The translations under genes and the position numbers were made by a program. Below are positions 39,974 to 50,044 of a stretch of 64,000 bases of DNA, one piece after another; the first letter of the stretch is position 1, and the number at the start of each line of letters is the position of its first letter. The stretch lies in contig OZ253507.1 in assembly GCA_965262245.1 (NCBI GenBank), forward strand, positions 8,796,911-8,860,910, read 5' to 3'. The stretch comes from Candidatus Marinacidobacterales bacterium (lineage in GTDB: Bacteria > Acidobacteriota > Vicinamibacteria > Marinacidobacterales > SMYC01). Under the pieces are notes generated by a model. That model saw only the letters and a list, made by a program, of their open reading frames with translations. It was not told where the DNA came from and did no database searches.

Positions 39974-42150
39974 AGCCGGAGGCCAAAACGATGAGATCCG
40001 TTGTGACGCGATGCTGCTGGCTGATGTTGGCGGCGATGCCGAGTGCCTTGGCGGCGGCTCTACCTGCGCCGACACAGCCCGCCGACACGCCCGATTCCAT
40101 CGAAGTGACGCCGAGCTCACTGGAGCTCAGGGCCGGCGAGACGGCTCAACTGACGGCCCTGGTCAAAGACGCCAGCGGCAACGTCTTACCGAATGCCCCG
40201 GTGATCTTCTTCTCCACCGGCCGCTCCTCGGTGACGGTGACGCCGGCGGGCAGGGTGGAGGCCCGCCGCGCCGGTGAGCACACCGTCGTGGCGCTGTGCC
40301 CTTCGGAACGTCTGGAAGCCGACGCGTCGCTGCGCGGCGTTCCCGGGATCCGCTTCTCGGTCCCCGTCAAAGTAACGCCGTCTCCCCTCGCACGACTCGA
40401 CTTCGGTGACGTCCCGGCAAGGCTCCACGTGGGCGCGGTGGTGCCCGTGGCTGTCACGGGAACCGATGTCAACCAGAATCGACAAGACGTTCGCGCGGAG
40501 CTAACGGTGAGCGACCCTTCGATCGCAAAAGCTGTGAGCTTCGGACCCACCTTTCAGGGTTCGACAGACGCACACCCGCAGTATCGTCGTCCTCGACCCG
40601 AGCTGTTTCCATCGGACGCAACGGGAATCTTGACGGCGCTGGCACCGGGAAAGGTAACGGTGACCGCGACCACGGCCGAAGGCGTCTCGGCGCAAATGGA
40701 GCTGAGGATCGACGCGAATCCAGCCCGCTCGCTCGAGCTGACCGCTTCTCGAGACGAGGCACGCACCGGCGACGTGGTCCACTTCGAGGCGGTGGCCAGG
40801 GACGGCGAGCAAAGGACCGTTGCGGAGGCGCCCATCCGTTACATGCTTCAGGCCTGGTCCGATCCGAGTCGGCCAGAGACCGTGGGGGCGGGGGCGCCGG
40901 CGCAGGTAACCCCAGACGGGCGGTTCGTCGCGGAACAGGCGGGCCTCTACACGGTGGTGGCCATGTCCGGAACTCTCGTCGCGGAGCGGACCGTTCGGAT
41001 CGCTCCTCGAAACGTGAAGAAGCGGGTCGAGTTCGTGGGTCATGCCCCCGTACGCGACCGCGTCACCTCGGACCTCTGGGTCTGGGAGGGCGTGGACGGG
41101 CGAGACTACGCGGTGCACGGCACGTGGAACGCCGATGGCCACGCCTACTTTTACGACGTCACCGATCCCGCCAACATGCAGAGGATCGACATCGTGCAGG
41201 TCGACGCGAGAACGGTCAATGACGTCAAGGTCTCCGAGGACGGTCGGATCTGCGTGATCAGCCGCGAAGGCGCTTCCAACCGGAAAAACGGGCTCGTCAT
41301 TCTGGATGTAAGCGATCCGCGTAACGTCACGATTCTGTCCAGATACGACGATCAGCTCACCGGCGGGGTGCACAATGTTTTCATTCACGAGAATCATATC
41401 TACGCGGTGAACAACGGCCGGCGGTGGGACGTGATCAACATCGAGGATCCGAAGAGTCCGGCTCGCGCGGCTCGTTTCGAGACCTCAACGCCGGGCCGAT
41501 CCGTGCACGACGTTTGGGTACGCGACGGGATCGCCTACCAGGCAGGCAACACGGATTCGCTGATTCTCTTGGACGTCGGCGGCGGCGGCATGGGCGGCTC
41601 GCCGGCACAGCCCGTCGAGATGAGCCGGTTGCCTCAGCTCACCGGTTGGAACCACGCCGTATGGCCTTTTAAGAGCAAGTCGGCCGGCAAGTTATACGTC
41701 TTCGCCGGGGACGAAGCCCACCCGTTCAACCCGCGCGTGCCCGGGGAGATCATTTCCTGGAAACAGCGCGTGCCCAGCCGCGCGATGGGGTGGATCCACG
41801 TCGCGGACTTCACCGATAAGGAGCGGCCGCGGGAAGTGGCTCGCTACCAGATTCCGGAGGCCGGGCCTCACAACTACTGGATCGATTGGGAGCAAGAGGT
41901 CATGTACGTTGGCTACTTCAATGCCGGCCTTCGGGTAGTCGACGTCTCCGGCGAGTTGCTGGGCGACTTGTACGGTCAAGGGCGGGAGATCGCGAAATTC
42001 TACTCCGACGACAGCGCCGGCTTCGTGCCGAACGCCCCGTTCGTCTGGGGTGCCCAACCGCACAAAGGGCACATCTTCTTCGCGGACTTCCACAGCGGTC
42101 TTTGGGCCGTCCGCCTCGTCGATACCGAGGAGAGCAGCACCGAACAATGA
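39970..42150 (+). CDS. paralog of the preceding Big_2 + LVIVD beta-propeller surface protein (~55-60% identical), start overlapping the upstream stop
   Basis: Signal peptide MRSVVTRCCWLMLAAMPSALAA; near-colinear motifs with the first copy throughout. Confidence 0.7.
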   Translation: MKPEAKTMRSVVTRCCWLMLAAMPSALAAALPAPTQPADTPDSIEVTPSSLELRAGETAQLTALVKDASGNVLPNAPVIFFSTGRSSVTVTPAGRVEARRAGEHTVVALCPSERLEADASLRGVPGIRFSVPVKVTPSPLARLDFGDVPARLHVGAVVPVAVTGTDVNQNRQDVRAELTVSDPSIAKAVSFGPTFQGSTDAHPQYRRPRPELFPSDATGILTALAPGKVTVTATTAEGVSAQMELRIDANPARSLELTASRDEARTGDVVHFEAVARDGEQRTVAEAPIRYMLQAWSDPSRPETVGAGAPAQVTPDGRFVAEQAGLYTVVAMSGTLVAERTVRIAPRNVKKRVEFVGHAPVRDRVTSDLWVWEGVDGRDYAVHGTWNADGHAYFYDVTDPANMQRIDIVQVDARTVNDVKVSEDGRICVISREGASNRKNGLVILDVSDPRNVTILSRYDDQLTGGVHNVFIHENHIYAVNNGRRWDVINIEDPKSPARAARFETSTPGRSVHDVWVRDGIAYQAGNTDSLILLDVGGGGMGGSPAQPVEMSRLPQLTGWNHAVWPFKSKSAGKLYVFAGDEAHPFNPRVPGEIISWKQRVPSRAMGWIHVADFTDKERPREVARYQIPEAGPHNYWIDWEQEVMYVGYFNAGLRVVDVSGELLGDLYGQGREIAKFYSDDSAGFVPNAPFVWGAQPHKGHIFFADFHSGLWAVRLVDTEESSTEQ

Positions 42151-42371
42151 CGCGATGCTTCAGAGTTGGTTTTCCGGTTTGGCTTTGCTGGTGCCTCCGC
42201 AAACCAAGCTCATGCTGATCGCGCCGACGGCCGGGTGTCACGAGGTGAGGGCCACCGACGTACGCGGCGCCACCCGTGGTCGAGCTGATCGTTCGAGAAC
42301 CTGTGGGACGAGTCCTTAGGGTCGCGCAAGAATAACTACCGATTCTTGCGTGGACCCTTATCGAGCCGCCG

Positions 42372-44012
42372 TCATTCGGGCGATCTGATCGTCGTAGCCG
42401 GCCAGCTCCCAGCGAACGAGCGACACGGGAATGACTCCTGCCGCATGGAACTCGTCCATGAAGCGCTTGAGAGTGAAATCGTCGCGAGCTGGAGGGCCCG
42501 TTCGGCCATCAGCATATCGATCTGGATCTTGCCGATGAGGTAGCTCGTCCCGTAGCCGGGCTGCTGCAGGTAGAGATGCTTCTCGCCATAAACGGTGTCG
42601 CTGCCCTCGGGCATCCACCCCCGCGGGGTCCATTTCGCGGCAAACTGCGCCGCCTCGTCGATGGTGTACTCGTTGCTGTGCATGCGCAGGCCACCCAGAG
42701 CGCGGGCGGTACGCTGAGCGAGAAGAATCCAGATGAGCTCACGCGAGCGGGGGCGATCGTCGAAGAGCCCGGCGTGCATCATCATCTCTTCCATCGCGGT
42801 GGCGATCCCCTCGGAGCGTGCGTCGTAGATGTTGCTGAGCGACGGCACCCGCCGGATCGGACTCGCGTGCGGCTCTTGGTCCATCCGGGCGAGGTCGAAC
42901 CAGTGGTGCCCGTGGGTCCGCATCGTCAGCGGGTCGCGATAACTGACCTCTGAGAAGAAACCGCGCAGTCCGTCGGCCGGGCTGAAACGCCCGATTCGGG
43001 CTCGGAGCGCTGCATCTTCGTAGTCACGGACCGAAATGATTTCCTCTTCTTCGAGAAACTTCATGTATTCGGTCACCGCATCGTTGAAGCGGCGGTCGTA
43101 CGCTTCGGCGCTCGCGATGCGGGTCTGCTCCGGCAGCTTGCGGTTGCGGTTCTCTTCGAGCCGCAGGGACCGTGGGAGCGGACGAGCTCCCGGAGCATGA
43201 GCGTCTCTTGTTGTTCCCAGGTGTACGGGACGAGGTGGACGTTTTGCAGGTACCAGGTGTAGTTGTCCGCCCCGACGCCCGAGGGTCCCGTCTTCGAATC
43301 CGCCTCGTTTTCGAGCCAGTCGATGAATGCGTCGGTGGCCTCGCGGGCCGCCACGATGGCCGCATCCAGCTCGTCGCTTTGGCCGGACACCCGACTCGCG
43401 AAATTCTGCAGATCAGTGCTCTGGCCTTTCATGGCCCGGATCCCCATCACCCAGAGGTCCCGGGCGTCTTCGACCAGATTGCCCCGGGCCTGCTCGAGAA
43501 GGGCCGCTCCCGATCCGTGCTGCGAGCTCCGCAGCATCCGCCTCGGAAAGCGGATACTCGTAGGTCCACAAGTCGATCCAGCCATGGATGACCGGGCCTT
43601 CGTGAGCCGGCACGTCGCTCTGGGAAGGAAAGATCGTCGTGTAGAACGCCGGGTTGCGCGCCCACGGCCGACGCACCCTTTGGTCGAAGTCGAGCCCGTT
43701 CATCTCCGCTCGTACCAGATGGTGGTCGATTTGCTGCGACACCGGCCAGCCGCTCGGGTCGATGGCGGCGAGCCGTTGCTGATACCCGGCCAACTCGCGG
43801 TGCTGGGCCGCCATGGCTCCCGAGGCATAGTCCGGGACGCCGTAGACCATCTCGGGCCGCTCGAACTCCCTCCACTCCTCGAACAGCGCGACGAGATCAT
43901 CGTAGCTGGTACTCGTGGCGGCAGTACCCGCCGCCTCTTCGCTGGGAGCGCCGCCGGGGCCGCAGCCAGCAGCGAGAGCGAGCACTGCGGCCAGCCAGAG
44001 AAACGTTGCCAT
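42372..44012 (-). CDS. DUF885-family lipoprotein (putative metallopeptidase-like, ~545 aa), spread over three ORFs by two frameshifts
   Basis: Lipoprotein signal (MATFLWLAAVLALAAGC). ORFs 43413..44126, 43073..43585 and 42372..43076 are colinear with DUF885 and sum to about 600 aa. Confidence 0.55.
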
Positions 44013-44154
44013 CGGAGCGAGCAAGACATGGTAGACCTCCATTGTCGCCGGCAAGTCACCGGAACACGACGCGCCGATACTCGTTCTCGACTCGCCGGAT
44101 GTCAAACGGCAAGGCGAAGCGGGCAAACCCTCACGGAGTCAAAATGCCGGATTG

Positions 44155-44183
44155 TTGTACAGGCTTGCTTCCGGGAGTACAAT
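44155..44183 (+). promoter_or_regulatory. promoter candidate TTGTAC-N17-TACAAT in the divergent intergenic region
   Basis: ATTGTTGTACaggcttgcttccgggagTACAATcaaacgc, about 80 bp upstream of the M28 start; the hexamers are mutually reverse-complementary. Confidence 0.35.
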
Positions 44184-44265
44184 CAAACGCTGATATCGGT
44201 ACCAGGCGGTACGTCGGTGCCATTCGTCGGGACACGAGATCCGGACGTTACAGGAGAGTCGAGCG

Positions 44266-45951
44266 ATGCCGGTAAAAACGTCCATTCTTGTTTTCCTGAG
44301 TGCGGCAGTGGCCATGCCGTTGCTCGCGCAGCCGGACGAGGCTCGCACCGGCTTCGACAGCATCCGGGCAGATGCGCTGAAGGGCCACATCTACTTTCTC
44401 GCATCCGAGGAGCTGGGAGGGCGGCTCTCGCTGAGCTACCAGGCGCGCGTGGCCGCCAGCTACGTGGCGGCGGGCTTCTATCGTGCGGGGCTTACGCCGA
44501 TGGGGAGTGGCAGCCGCTCGCCAGTGCTCGTCACTTACCGCGAATCGAGGAATCATCCTGGCGGCGTATCTTTCTTTCAAAGCTTCGAAATGGTCGATGC
44601 CGAGCTCGATCGGGAAGGCACGCGTCTCGGCGCGACGATCGCGACGCCGTCCGGTGGCCTGCTCGAAAAGGAATACGTGGCCGGTTCGGACTTTTTCGTT
44701 GGACGGCACTGGAACGGAAACGTCGAGGTGAGCGCCCCCGTTGCCTTCGCCGGCTACGGCGTCTCGGCACCCGAATACGCCTATGATGATTTCGAAGAGC
44801 TCGACGTGTCCGGAAAAGTCGTTTTGGTGCTCGCCATGGAACCGCAGCTCGACGATCCGGACAGTGCCTTTCTCGGAGCGTCGGAGACGTTCCACGCCTA
44901 CAACTTCTACAAGCACGAGGTGCTCCGGAAGCGCGGCGCCGCCGCCATCCTGATGGTGGGGCGCGATCGTCGCACTCGTCCGACTCCCCGCGTGCCGAGT
45001 GGTCCCACCAGCACCGAGGCGATTCCGAACCGGCCCTCGCACACGCTCACGCCGCCCTACTACGGGATTCCACTCTTCCGCGTAACCGAGCGTGTTGCCG
45101 ACGAGCTGCTGGGACCTTCCGGCAAGACGCTTCGAGAGCTGCAATCGGAGATTGACGCCACCGGAAAGCCTCGCTCCATCGCGGTACCTGATGTTACGGT
45201 GCGCCTGGTCCGGCCACTGAGAGACCTGAAGCTGGTCTCTACCCGGAACGTCATCGGCGCACTCGAGGGATCCGATCCGGCGCTCAGAGACGAGTACGTG
45301 ATCATCACCGCCCACTACGACCACTCCGGAGCGACAGACCAGGTTATCTTTCACGGCGCCGACGACAACGCCTCGGGAACGGCGGCGGTTATGGCTCTCG
45401 CCGAAGCGTTCGCCGCGAATCCGGCACGCCCGAAACGAAGCGTTTTGTTCCTCGCCTTCGATGCAGAGGAGAACGGACTCCTGGGTGCGTTTCACTACGT
45501 CGAGAATCCGATCGTAGCTCTTGAGAAAACGGTCGCGGTTCTCAACATGGACATGATTGGCCGCAACGAGGAGTCCGCCACCTGGGCGAGTCGTGCCGCC
45601 GACACTGGAAACACCGTGAACCTCGTGGGAACACGCTACAGCGCCGATCTGCGGGCCGTCATCGAGAAGGCCAATCGAGCCATTGGACTCTCTCTCGACG
45701 AGAAGATGGAGCGAGACGATCGAGAGAACTGGTTCGCACGCAGCGATCACTTCGCCTTCGCGACGCGTTCCATCCCGATGGTTCTCTTCAGCACCGGGGA
45801 GCATCCCGACTACCACACGCCCAACGACACTTGGGATCGCATCGACTACCCCAAGCTCACCCGCATCGTGCGGTTGGTGTACTTGACGGCGTGGGAGCTG
45901 GCGAACGGCGCGAGCCGTCCACGGTTCGTCGCGCGTCTAGTGAGCGAATGA
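44266..45951 (+). CDS. secreted M28-family aminopeptidase with a PA (protease-associated) domain
   Basis: Signal peptide; ..ITAHYDHSG..GADDNASGTAAVMALAEAF ... FLAFDAEENGLLGA.. are the zinc-ligand motifs of peptidase M28. Confidence 0.8.
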   Translation: MPVKTSILVFLSAAVAMPLLAQPDEARTGFDSIRADALKGHIYFLASEELGGRLSLSYQARVAASYVAAGFYRAGLTPMGSGSRSPVLVTYRESRNHPGGVSFFQSFEMVDAELDREGTRLGATIATPSGGLLEKEYVAGSDFFVGRHWNGNVEVSAPVAFAGYGVSAPEYAYDDFEELDVSGKVVLVLAMEPQLDDPDSAFLGASETFHAYNFYKHEVLRKRGAAAILMVGRDRRTRPTPRVPSGPTSTEAIPNRPSHTLTPPYYGIPLFRVTERVADELLGPSGKTLRELQSEIDATGKPRSIAVPDVTVRLVRPLRDLKLVSTRNVIGALEGSDPALRDEYVIITAHYDHSGATDQVIFHGADDNASGTAAVMALAEAFAANPARPKRSVLFLAFDAEENGLLGAFHYVENPIVALEKTVAVLNMDMIGRNEESATWASRAADTGNTVNLVGTRYSADLRAVIEKANRAIGLSLDEKMERDDRENWFARSDHFAFATRSIPMVLFSTGEHPDYHTPNDTWDRIDYPKLTRIVRLVYLTAWELANGASRPRFVARLVSE

Positions 45952-46014
45952 CGTCAAGAATTGTCTGGAGACGGAGCGAGTCGCTTTCAAGGAACGAACT
46001 TGCCCCGGACCTGA

Positions 46015-47958
46015 TTGACGAGGGGGAATGACATGAGAACGGCGTTGCTTGTGTGTCTTTGCTGCTTGCTGGCCTCCGCGGTCGCGACTTCCCAGCCCGG
46101 CTCCGAGGCTCTTCGGGTGGACAATCTTCTGTCCATCAACTCCGTCGTCGGTGGCGAAACTCCGCAATGGTCGCCCGACGGGAAGCATCTTCTCTTCGCC
46201 TCGAGTCTGGGAGACGGCGGTCTTCTGACGATCTCTCCCGACGGCGGTTTCCCCACGCGCGTTCCCCTCGATCTCGGCGGGTCGGGGCATTTTCTGGCGC
46301 TTCAGACGCCGCAATGGTCGCCCGACGGTGCCTGGATCGCTTACGTTGCGGACAAGTCCGGCTCTCCCGAGCTCTGGCTCTGGTCGGTCGCAGGTGGGCG
46401 TGACCGGCAGCTCACCGATCTGGGCGGACGCATCAATTCCTTTCGCTGGTCCCCGGATGGGACCGCCATTGCTTTCGCAGGCGACCGCTACGGCAACTAC
46501 GATATCTGGAAGGCGCGCGTAGACGACGGTACGATCCATCGTTTGACCAAAAAGGAGCGCTACGAAGTGTTCCCCTTCTGGACTCCGGACGGCGAGACGA
46601 TCCTCTACGCCGAGCTGGACGAACGATGGGAGGACCACACCGTGATCGCGATGACGGGTGATGGAGAAAGCCCGCGGGTCGTGGTGGTAGACACCGACTT
46701 TTTCGACTATCGAGCCGGTGGCACGTTCGCCTATCCCCGCGTCTCGCCCGATGGGCAGGCCGTGCTCTTTCGCTCGCACCGAAGCGGCTGGATCAACTAC
46801 TGGGTGGTGCCCCTCGGAGTCGGCGAGCCGAGAGCCGTTCATGCCGAGGAGGCCGACCAGAGCCACGCCCGCTGGTCTCCCGATGGACAATCCATCGCGT
46901 TCGTCTCGAACCGGAACGGGACGCACCATCTCATGGTGGTTGCGGCGAGCGGCGGGACACCCCGCGCTCTCGTGAGTCCCGAAGTGGGCGTGGTTGCCAG
47001 CCCCGAGTGGTCGCCCGACGGGACGCGGCTGAGCTACACCTTTGAGACGACGACCCGTCCTCGAGATCTGTTCGTGGTGGAAGTTTCGAGCGGTGACAGG
47101 CGCCAGCTCACCGACTCCCTCCTGGCAGGTGGCCTCGAAGCGACGCTGATCCCACCCGAGAAGATCCGTTACCGGAGCACCGACGGTTTCGAGATTGCCG
47201 CCTACCTCTACAAGCCTGCTGCGTTCCGTTCCGGCGAGCGCTTTCCCGGAGTTCTGTGGATCCACGGCGGTCCCACCTCCCAGTTCCACGACACCTTTCA
47301 ACAACACGTTCAGTTCTTTGTTCAGCGAGGCTACGTCGTGCTCCTCCCCAACATCCGCGGCAGCTCCGGCTACGGAAAGGCGTTCGCAGACGCCAACAAC
47401 GGCTGCTGGGGACATTGCGATCTCGAAGACGTCCTGGCCGGAGTCGACTACTTGAAAACGCTCGCCTACGTGGACTCGGACAAGATAGGCATTACCGGAA
47501 CGAGCTACGGGGGCTGCATGAGCCTCTCGGCCGTTGCGTTCGCGCCCGGCGTCTTTCAAGCCGCGATCCCGGGCTCCGGCTACGCCGACTGGTTCCATTT
47601 CACGGAAGAGCAGGAGCTCCGTCACATCAAGCTCCTCGAGCACGAGTTCGGACCGCTGCCCGACAACGAGGAGACCTACCGTCGGAACTCCCCAATCTTC
47701 TCAGTCGAGCGCGTCACCACACCAACGTTTCTCGTTCACGGTGAGGGGCGGTTCCCACGCTCGAGCGCCTCGCTGAACTTCGCCCTCGAGCTCAAGAAGA
47801 ACTACAAGGTGTTTCGGCTGAAGGCCTACCCGAACGAGAACTACTACGTGCGAGGCAGGAAGAACCGGCGTCAGCTGCTTCTCGATATGTTGTCCTTTTT
47901 CGACCAGTTTCTGAAAGGTGGCCCGAAAGGGGACCCGCCGGTCACCTCGAACGAATAG
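46015..47958 (+). CDS. S9-family serine peptidase (prolyl oligopeptidase / acylaminoacyl-peptidase type): N-terminal PD40 propeller plus alpha/beta hydrolase
   Basis: Signal peptide; repeated ..WSPDG.. blades; GITGTSYGG nucleophile elbow; ..GSGYADW.. catalytic region. Confidence 0.8.
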   Translation: MTRGNDMRTALLVCLCCLLASAVATSQPGSEALRVDNLLSINSVVGGETPQWSPDGKHLLFASSLGDGGLLTISPDGGFPTRVPLDLGGSGHFLALQTPQWSPDGAWIAYVADKSGSPELWLWSVAGGRDRQLTDLGGRINSFRWSPDGTAIAFAGDRYGNYDIWKARVDDGTIHRLTKKERYEVFPFWTPDGETILYAELDERWEDHTVIAMTGDGESPRVVVVDTDFFDYRAGGTFAYPRVSPDGQAVLFRSHRSGWINYWVVPLGVGEPRAVHAEEADQSHARWSPDGQSIAFVSNRNGTHHLMVVAASGGTPRALVSPEVGVVASPEWSPDGTRLSYTFETTTRPRDLFVVEVSSGDRRQLTDSLLAGGLEATLIPPEKIRYRSTDGFEIAAYLYKPAAFRSGERFPGVLWIHGGPTSQFHDTFQQHVQFFVQRGYVVLLPNIRGSSGYGKAFADANNGCWGHCDLEDVLAGVDYLKTLAYVDSDKIGITGTSYGGCMSLSAVAFAPGVFQAAIPGSGYADWFHFTEEQELRHIKLLEHEFGPLPDNEETYRRNSPIFSVERVTTPTFLVHGEGRFPRSSASLNFALELKKNYKVFRLKAYPNENYYVRGRKNRRQLLLDMLSFFDQFLKGGPKGDPPVTSNE

Positions 47959-48148
47959 GTGCGGGCGATGCTCACCGACATGCTCCGATTCTTCGACTTC
48001 TACCTCAAGGACAAGGATCTCGAGCTCCCCGGAGTGGGGCACATTGAGGAGCTCACGCCAGCCAGAAAGTGAAACTGCAGGAGCAAGCTCGTCGCTTCCG
48101 CTCAGCACGTGAGCGACAAGCGACTGAGCTAAAGGAAAGGGTGTAACC

Positions 48149-49861
48149 ATGCGTTCCCTACGGTCGATGACGATGATTGCCGCCATGTTCCTGGCGGTAT
48201 TTGTTCATTCGGTGGGCGAGGCGCAGACAAAAGCGTTGCCTACCGATCCAAGAGACCCGCTTCTCAATCAGGGGCCGAAAGAGGAAGAGATCGCGGAGAA
48301 GGCCATGGTCAGCACCCAGCTTCCCGCGGTGACCGAGGCGGCTCTTCAGGTGCTGAGAGAAGGCGGTAATGCCGCGGATGCTTTCATCACCGCGGTTTTC
48401 ATGCAGCACGTCAACGACTTCCACCAGGTGTCTCTCTTCGGGGCCATGACCGGGCTCTACTACGAGGCGTCGTCGGGAAAGTATTACGCGTTCAACGCTT
48501 TTTCGGACCGACCCCTGGCCGACCGAAGTGAAGTGGGCGACCCCAGCAAGGTGGCCATCGCGGGCACCGTTCGCGGTCTCGAAGCCCTCGCCAAGCGCTT
48601 TGGAACCCGTGCCTGGGCGAGCTACCTCAAGCCGTCGATCGCCTCGGCCGAAGAAGGTGTCCTCGTCACCTCCTTCATGTATGCCAGCAATTACTCGACG
48701 ATGGAAAGAAGCCTGGCGGAGAACCGCGAAGCGAGAGAGTTCTACAAGCCGGACGGGCATCTCGTTCCCGTCGGGTTCCGCTGGAAGATGCCCAAACTGG
48801 CGGAGACGCTCCGCAAAGTAGCGTCGGAAGGGGCGGACTATATGTATACCGGCGCCTGGGGGCAGAAGTTCGTCGAGGAAGCAGTCGAGCGTGGAGGTCG
48901 CGTGACGCTCGAGGACATGGCGAGCTACGAAGTGCGGTGGATGGAGCCGGTGCGCTTCACGTATCGCGGACACGAGATCATTGGCGAGCCACCGCCCGGC
49001 ACCGGCGGCCTGATTCAAGCCTACAGTATGAACATCCTCGAGAACTTTGACTTGAGAGCGCTGGGGCACTTCACCACCTCGCCGCGAACCCTCGAGATCA
49101 TGGCGCGCACCTTTGGCCGTGTCGAGGACGAGCTGCGTTGGACGCTACGGGATCCGCTGAGTTTCCAAATCCCGAGCGAGGTCTGGCTTTCCAAGGAGTA
49201 TGGACGAACGGGCGCCGAATTTGCGCGGAAGACCACGACGCACCCCGGGGTGAGTCTTGCCGGCAGCAAGGAAACGGCGGGCGCTGACGGCGGTGTCCCT
49301 CTCCTCGCACGTCAGGAGCGAGACGGGCTTCCGGTTCTGGGCAGCAATCACAACGTGATCGTGGACGCCCAGGGAAACTGGATCTCGTCTCTCCATACCG
49401 GCCACGGAGGCGCTCCCGGCGTCTTCATCGACGGTGTCCGTGCAACCGGGAGCGGGATGCGGGGAGAAACGACGGGGCCGGGGCGGCGCATCCTGGCCGG
49501 AGTGGGTGCGGTCATGGTGGCCAAGGACGGTGTCCCGTGGCTGGCTTTGGGCACGCCCGGCTGGCCGCCTCAACCCATCGTGGAAGTGCTCGTCAACATC
49601 ATCGATTTCGACATGCACCCGAAGGACGCAGCCGACGCGCCGCGCTTCTTTGCTTTTCTCAACAACGAGAACGTGGTGGAGATAGAGTCTCGGATCTCGG
49701 AGGAGGTGCGAGAAGGGATGGCCGCCGCGGGCATCAAGCTGAACGAGCTCGGAGACTACAATTGGCATACCGGCTCAATACAAATCGTCTGGCGCGACGC
49801 CGATGGAAAACTCCACGGTGTCAGCGACCCCCGTCGCCTGGGATATTCGGCGGGCTACTAG
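48149..49861 (+). CDS. ggt: secreted gamma-glutamyltransferase-family protein (second GGT-like gene in the window)
   Basis: Signal peptide; 570 aa; GGNAADAFITAVFMQHV, the ..VDAQGNWISSLHTGHGGAPG.. nucleophile region and a C-terminal ..GDYNWHTGSIQIV.. follow the GGT fold order. Confidence 0.65.
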   Translation: MRSLRSMTMIAAMFLAVFVHSVGEAQTKALPTDPRDPLLNQGPKEEEIAEKAMVSTQLPAVTEAALQVLREGGNAADAFITAVFMQHVNDFHQVSLFGAMTGLYYEASSGKYYAFNAFSDRPLADRSEVGDPSKVAIAGTVRGLEALAKRFGTRAWASYLKPSIASAEEGVLVTSFMYASNYSTMERSLAENREAREFYKPDGHLVPVGFRWKMPKLAETLRKVASEGADYMYTGAWGQKFVEEAVERGGRVTLEDMASYEVRWMEPVRFTYRGHEIIGEPPPGTGGLIQAYSMNILENFDLRALGHFTTSPRTLEIMARTFGRVEDELRWTLRDPLSFQIPSEVWLSKEYGRTGAEFARKTTTHPGVSLAGSKETAGADGGVPLLARQERDGLPVLGSNHNVIVDAQGNWISSLHTGHGGAPGVFIDGVRATGSGMRGETTGPGRRILAGVGAVMVAKDGVPWLALGTPGWPPQPIVEVLVNIIDFDMHPKDAADAPRFFAFLNNENVVEIESRISEEVREGMAAAGIKLNELGDYNWHTGSIQIVWRDADGKLHGVSDPRRLGYSAGY

Positions 49862-50044
49862 AACTAGTCTCAGTTCTCATCTGTGCGCCGCGTCGAGGCC
49901 GGGATGGAAACGTCCCGGAACAGGTCCGCGTTACCGGTCGCGGCGATGGCATCGCGCAGCCTATGGTCGTAGGTTTGTCGAACTCGGAGGGTTCTTTCCA
50001 TGCCCAAGCATGGCAGGCAGCCATTCACATGGCCAGCCGGCCAC

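Noticed and set aside
43263-44786. 507-aa plus-strand ORF
   Set aside because: Antisense to DUF885 and out of frame with M28; Arg/Gly/Ala-rich junk.
45937-47643. 568-aa minus-strand ORF
   Set aside because: Antisense to the S9 peptidase, which has an unambiguous GxSxG hydrolase and PD40 repeats.
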